From contig JAAYPJ010000074.1 of NCBI GenBank assembly GCA_012519835.1, forward strand, positions 28,902 through 92,901: a DNA stretch of 64,000 nt, read 5' to 3'. This document shows positions 59,549-64,000 of the stretch, in pieces (the first letter of the stretch is position 1; every line of letters begins with the position of its first letter). The DNA comes from Clostridiales bacterium. Its GTDB lineage: Bacteria; Bacillota; Clostridia; Peptostreptococcales; Natronincolaceae. The notes beneath the pieces were generated by a model, which searched no databases, had not been told where the DNA came from, and was given only the letters and a program-made list of their open reading frames with translations. The position numbers were made by a program, and so were the translations under genes.

Positions 59549-60190
59549 TTATTGAATATATGCACCTATCATTTTAATAAATATAGGAGAAATGACAGTT
59601 TCAATCGAAACAGCCATTAAAATTGATATACTGAAAATCAGATATGCCGCCGTGTATACTAAAAATTCCTTATAAATGTTTGTTTGTTTTGTTTTATCCG
59701 ACCTGTTTTTGATAAACATCAAGGCAAAGGACGACGACAGAGCCGTGGCAATAATAAACGTGGAAATAATGATTAAATTTTGCGGTAAAACCCCCAGCAA
59801 AAACAAAATGAACCCTTTGAACTTGAACTGTTCCATCAATAGTCCAACAGTAAATCCGATTACAAAACCCTTGAATGCTATAACAAAAAAAATTCCTATA
59901 ATACCTATTATCGATATTCCAAGTATGTAACACAGAACCAACAACTGAAAATTATTTACCAGCGATTGTGAAAATATATCGCTGCTTTTTATGGAATCGT
60001 TATGAAAGAGCCTGAAAAAACCCCTGAGGTAGGAAACCAGTTCCTGCTTATGGTTTGCATCTATAATTTTTACCGTAAATCCCCCTACCGAAATCCCTAT
60101 AAGCAGACACAGTACAGTTATAATATAAATAGCAATATGGGTTTTTATATGTTTTTTAACTGAATTAACTATAGCGGTTAGCATAGGCAA
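59549..60190 (-). CDS. spoIIM: Stage II sporulation protein M
   Basis: 213 aa polytopic membrane protein with a SpoIIM-like pattern, in the nudF-spoIIM context. Confidence 0.85.
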   Translation of the reverse strand: MPMLTAIVNSVKKHIKTHIAIYIITVLCLLIGISVGGFTVKIIDANHKQELVSYLRGFFRLFHNDSIKSSDIFSQSLVNNFQLLVLCYILGISIIGIIGIFFVIAFKGFVIGFTVGLLMEQFKFKGFILFLLGVLPQNLIIISTFIIATALSSSFALMFIKNRSDKTKQTNIYKEFLVYTAAYLIFSISILMAVSIETVISPIFIKMIGAYIQ

Positions 60191-60359
60191 ACTTCCCTTC
60201 CTCAGTATATTTCCATAACAAAATCTTGTTTTGGAAATTCGGACATCAATTTTATTAAAACATATAAGGAGATTGCAGTTATAAATTTCAAAACAGGTAA
60301 TTCCTATATGTTATAAAATATTATGCCTACCGAAGAAATTTTATGCCTATCCTGTCCTA

Positions 60360-60902
60360 TCACGGGTTCCGGCTGCAAAAATTGAAATATGCAAGTATGG
60401 CCACTACGGTTTTGGCGTCCCTTATTTCACCTGTCCTGACCTTTTCCAGGGCCTCGTTTATCGGCATTTTTACAATTTCAACATATTCATTTTCATCGGG
60501 TTGGGCGATGCCTTCAACAAGCTCTTCCGCTAAATAGATATGTATCTTTTCATCCGAAAAACCCGGGGTTGAATAATACTCAGAAAGTTTTTTCAGTTTA
60601 CCGGCAGTATAACCGGTTTCCTCTTTCAATTCCCTTACCGCGCACTGACACGGTTCTTCTCCATGTTCTATCAAACCTGCCGGAATTTCGAGTAAAATTT
60701 CCTCTACAGGCTTGCGAAATTGCTCTACCAAAATAATATCTTTATCAGGTGTGATGGGAATTATCCCTACCGCCCCGGGGTGTTCAACTATTTCTCTTCG
60801 AGAATATTTTTTATGTGGCAATTCTACGGTATCCACCCTTATATTGATTATTTTTCCTTCATAGATCCTTTCGGATTTCACGGTTTTTTCTTCAACAATC
60901 AC
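60360..60902 (-). CDS. nudF: ADP-ribose pyrophosphatase (NUDIX)
   Basis: Has the Nudix box (GLIEHGEEPCQCAVRELKEETG). GTG at 60902 follows GGGGGG, giving MIVEEKTV. Confidence 0.85.
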   Translation of the reverse strand: MIVEEKTVKSERIYEGKIINIRVDTVELPHKKYSRREIVEHPGAVGIIPITPDKDIILVEQFRKPVEEILLEIPAGLIEHGEEPCQCAVRELKEETGYTAGKLKKLSEYYSTPGFSDEKIHIYLAEELVEGIAQPDENEYVEIVKMPINEALEKVRTGEIRDAKTVVAILAYFNFCSRNP

Positions 60903-60968
60903 ATTTTTACCCCCCAACAAAATAAGTTTAAAAATTATAATAAAAAGATGCCTCCCGGGAACCTTGTA

Positions 60969-62048
60969 TCATGATTTCAACAATGAATCGATAACATATA
61001 TGGCCGGGGCACTGCAGGTAGCAAAAAATTCCGGATCATCGTCTAAACTTCTGCCCATTGATTTAACCCTAAGTCCATAATGTTCCAAGACCTGTTTCAA
61101 TATGTTTTTTTCAACCTTGAATATATTATGTTTATGCGTCAAATTATTCTCTTCCAATTGTCTTTCAATAATTTTTTCATACTGCATTGAAAGTTCGGGA
61201 AGCACAACATTGGATCTTGTCTTCATTATTTTTCCCAGGACGGTTATGCTATGGTGGCTCAACCCGTAATGCCTTTTTCTTTTATCTCTGAATGTTATCC
61301 TGGGAACAGCAAAAGGAGTGCCCCCCAGGTCATTGACGGCATCGACTATATATCCCTGTTCAACCCCGGTAAATCCGTAAGGTGTGCCTGTACCGATAAT
61401 CCCGGGCCCCATGGTTACAATTGCGACATCACACTTGGCAATTTCCTTAGCGACGATAAGTGCATTGTATATATTTACAACCTCATAATCCCCACCGAAT
61501 GCATGGCCAAGGGTTACGGTTTTATAAATAATACCTTTTTTCTTTAATTCATACACATTATTGCTCAAATAGAGCGGGAGTGCCGCACCGTCGGTCATAA
61601 TAAACACAATTTTGAGACTGTCGTTCAAATATTTTAAAGTGGAAGCGACAGGCACCAACATACTGTGTAATGTGCCTACTATGACCGGCATTTTATCCAG
61701 GGATTCAAATTCGTGAAACACATCGTGGTAAGGACTGTTTTGCTCTTCTGCCGCATAGGTTTTAATTTGAAAGGGGGTATACCTGAGTTTCATGATATGC
61801 CCTTCCTTGCTGATACCTTGAACACGATTGTTCAGATTATACATAACAAAGTGATAACCTCCCGTGCCCAAGCCCAATTCTACCGCCGTTGTGTTTAAAA
61901 CTACATTATCATCTACCCTCACAGTGCCCGTTAGATAATCATAATTGATGGCCTTTTCATTTTTATTATCTATATTTACTAAAACATCGGTACGTCCCTC
62001 CAGCTTGTTTATGATTTTAATCACTTTACCGCGTCTCATGCTTATCAT
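60969..62048 (-). CDS. DUF3866 family protein, function unknown
   Basis: 359 aa. I recognise it only as the conserved hypothetical that accompanies nudF in clostridia and actinobacteria. Confidence 0.55.
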   Translation of the reverse strand: MISMRRGKVIKIINKLEGRTDVLVNIDNKNEKAINYDYLTGTVRVDDNVVLNTTAVELGLGTGGYHFVMYNLNNRVQGISKEGHIMKLRYTPFQIKTYAAEEQNSPYHDVFHEFESLDKMPVIVGTLHSMLVPVASTLKYLNDSLKIVFIMTDGAALPLYLSNNVYELKKKGIIYKTVTLGHAFGGDYEVVNIYNALIVAKEIAKCDVAIVTMGPGIIGTGTPYGFTGVEQGYIVDAVNDLGGTPFAVPRITFRDKRKRHYGLSHHSITVLGKIMKTRSNVVLPELSMQYEKIIERQLEENNLTHKHNIFKVEKNILKQVLEHYGLRVKSMGRSLDDDPEFFATCSAPAIYVIDSLLKS

Positions 62049-62133
62049 TCTATCACCTTTTTCACGAAGGGTTATTCATATTCGAAACGTAATCGGATGT
62101 ATTTTTATTAAATATGCAACTTATTTGTCTATA

Positions 62134-62949
62134 CTAGCGCCCCAATTTATCAAAATAGTCAAGAACAGGATTCTTCTCAATTATTTTAGTCAAAGAATAT
62201 TTTTCAGTAATAATATGGATCAAAATTAACAGGCCTAATATAATATATTTAATAACGATGGCATAGCTGACCACTGTTACAATTCCCAATATAATACCCA
62301 AAGCATTGGAGCCTACGTCCCCCATCATACTTTTTGCCTTTATATCCTGTGGCAGATAGGCTATTGCATAGGCAATAAATGATATCAGCATGGTTTTAAC
62401 CTCACCCGATAAACCTGTAAAAATAAATAATACTGAAACCAGTAAAAATCCTTTTATCGCCCTTCCGGGCCTCAGATCCAATAAATTTATTAAATTTGTA
62501 AACAGTGCGATTATCAAGGCATTAACCAAAATTTCAATTATATTATATGAAAAAAAACTGCCTACCAATAAGGAGATAAACCCGCCGACAACAGCCTTTA
62601 GCCCGCCGGTAGTCAGCTTTCCCTTCAATAAAGACCTTATATGGCCTTTAAAGCCCAGTGTCTCTCTGCTACCCGCCAAATCGTCGATCAATCCCGCAGT
62701 TGCAACAGTCATAATGCCCACTAAAAAAATCAATAATGACAACTGTGCATCAGGATTATCTCTGAAGAAATAGTTGAGAATAACAGCATTTATAATGACC
62801 ACCGGGATAAAGGCAATACCCATACCGACCGGAATTGTATGGCCCTTATAATTCTCCCCTGTTATGTTTGATGATAATAACATATTTCTTATAGGGGGAA
62901 TTATTATCATTGTGAACAATAAACTTAGGATAAAGATAATAATATCCAA
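62134..62949 (-). CDS. Short MraY/WecA-like (GT4, PF00953-type) polytopic membrane transferase
   Basis: Has the IDDLAG (DD motif), NLINLLDLRPGR and MGDVGSNALG motifs. At 271 aa it is shorter than MraY/WecA. Confidence 0.7.
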   Translation of the reverse strand: MDIIIFILSLLFTMIIIPPIRNMLLSSNITGENYKGHTIPVGMGIAFIPVVIINAVILNYFFRDNPDAQLSLLIFLVGIMTVATAGLIDDLAGSRETLGFKGHIRSLLKGKLTTGGLKAVVGGFISLLVGSFFSYNIIEILVNALIIALFTNLINLLDLRPGRAIKGFLLVSVLFIFTGLSGEVKTMLISFIAYAIAYLPQDIKAKSMMGDVGSNALGIILGIVTVVSYAIVIKYIILGLLILIHIITEKYSLTKIIEKNPVLDYFDKLGR

Positions 62950-62953
62950 AAAA

Positions 62954-63661
62954 TCACCTTCTTTTTAACTTTGTAGAAAGGGTCTTGGATATCAGCACCA
63001 TAAGTGTGTGCCAAAATTGTTTCCCGCGATGGATAAATCCCGACAGGTCTCTTCCTGTTTCATTATGATACATATTTACGTCTACTTCCATGACATTATA
63101 TCCCCTGTTCAATATGTCTATTACCATCCCCAACTCCACACCATAACCCTTATAATTATTGTTTATCTGCTCCAAAACCTCACTTTTAAAAGCCCTCTGC
63201 CCTGAAAGTGCCGTATCTATCCTCTTGCCTGTGTTTATGAAAACGCCCCATTTGGCAAGCCCTTTAACAAAACCGAACCCGCCCTTACGCCTGGCCGGTG
63301 GAAATTTGGCTATGGTCACATCCGCTTTATCCTCTAGTATAGGGACAAGCAATTTTTCAATGTCTTTTGCACTCTCCTCCAAATCTGCGTCTACAAAAAC
63401 AATGATGTCCGAGTTTTTCAGGGCTAATTGCAGGCCCTTATACAATGCTTCGCCTTTGCCTTTGTTCGGGAATTGATTTATTACATCTATTCCCTTTATA
63501 TTGCGGGCCCTATCATATGTTTCATCCGTAGATCCGTCATTTATCACATAAATATATTGTATACACTCAATACTTTTCAAGGCCGAGAGCGTATCCTCAA
63601 TCCTGTCCTGCTCATTGTATGCGGGTACAATTGCCGTAACTATCTTATCCAAGTCCTTCAC
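62954..63661 (-). CDS. Family 2 glycosyltransferase (GpgS-like)
   Basis: Has VPAYNE, NDGSTDET, VDADL and SGQRAF motifs. Confidence 0.78.
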   Translation of the reverse strand: MKDLDKIVTAIVPAYNEQDRIEDTLSALKSIECIQYIYVINDGSTDETYDRARNIKGIDVINQFPNKGKGEALYKGLQLALKNSDIIVFVDADLEESAKDIEKLLVPILEDKADVTIAKFPPARRKGGFGFVKGLAKWGVFINTGKRIDTALSGQRAFKSEVLEQINNNYKGYGVELGMVIDILNRGYNVMEVDVNMYHNETGRDLSGFIHRGKQFWHTLMVLISKTLSTKLKRR

Positions 63662-64000
63662 TCCCCACTGGGATCTATAACAACAAAGGGAGCCAATGAA
63701 TCGGCTGTTGATTTTTCCCCATAGTGTCCCCGTGCACCCTCAAGCAAATATACCAACGAGATTTTACCCATTCTATTATCAACATTATCTACCGTTGAAA
63801 TGTTGAGATCCTTAAATGCGGGAATATGGGTTTGTTGAATATTTAATCTTTCCGCCCCTATTACTTTAAATTGTCGCTCCTGTAGGCCTTTTATAAGGCC
63901 CACATTTAATTGTTCAGCGTCATATTCCCCATTTCCTGCATTTCCTCCGGTAACTATAACACTGTCTAAATTTCCCAATTCGTTAAAATTATAATCGTAT
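63658..64000 (-). CDS. SteB/MctB-like ('copper transporter', DUF3186) protein, C-terminal part (5' end outside window)
   Basis: The frame is open to the window edge (..YDYNFNELGNLDSV..). The C-terminal pattern is STVDNVDNRMGKISLVYLL..GHYG. Its stop overlaps the GT2 start by 4 nt. Confidence 0.55.
   Translation of the reverse strand, partial: YDYNFNELGNLDSVIVTGGNAGNGEYDAEQLNVGLIKGLQERQFKVIGAERLNIQQTHIPAFKDLNISTVDNVDNRMGKISLVYLLEGARGHYGEKSTADSLAPFVVIDPSGE

Noticed and set aside
60321-60349. TTATGCCTA repeated with a 20-nt period downstream of nudF. On the - strand it reads GCATA-16 nt-CATAATA, reminiscent of a forespore SigG/F promoter upstream of spoIIM.
   Set aside because: The spacing does not fit either consensus as I recall them. 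spoIIM is a mother-cell (SigE) gene in Bacillus, so the support is too weak to annotate.

Overview
This is a densely coding, low-GC, 64-kb core-chromosome segment. The gene content and order point to an endospore-forming Firmicute (Clostridia-like). The left 29.8 kb is entirely on the + strand: polC, rimP-nusA-ylxR-infB-rbfA-nrnA-truB-ribF, rpsO-pnp, a deacetylase, ymxH, a TepA-like ClpP paralog, ftsK, selU, pgsA, recA, rny, spoVS, PHP, PadR, an aminotransferase, a large Xer-like tyrosine recombinase and lexA. The right 34 kb is entirely on the - strand. Read in its direction of transcription, it contains: SteB/MctB-like, GT2, GT4, DUF3866, nudF, spoIIM, deoB, two PNP paralogs, pdp, dacF, ytfI-ytfJ, MazG-like, dacB, a flavoprotein pair, rluB, mnmM, an orphan carboxyltransferase, surE, RpiR, a His-phosphatase, a hypothetical, cmk, plsC, ispH, S1, miaB, mutS-mutL-miaA-hfq and ynbB-like. 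I see no rRNA or tRNA genes, CRISPR array, IS element, prophage or recognisable defence island, and I cannot point to a clear novel multi-gene system. Six things stand out. (1) The two gene blocks converge head-on at about 29.9 kb, which looks like a replication terminus; a lone XerS-like recombinase and a 485-bp repeat-rich non-coding region lie about 1-2 kb away. (2) A small family of perfect 31-32 bp inverted-repeat 'hairpin-of-hairpins' elements with a GGGGAC-containing loop sits next to sporulation genes. (3) The tandem trimeric PNP paralogs differ at both purine-recognition residues. (4) An uncharacterised Cys-rich flavoprotein pair occupies the slot held by spmAB in B. subtilis. (5) There is a conserved but uncharacterised SteB-like/GT2/GT4/DUF3866/NUDIX cluster. 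(6) RNase Y probably starts at an ATT codon. Many start codons in the ORF track are upstream artefacts and have been re-set from SD spacing and family N-termini.
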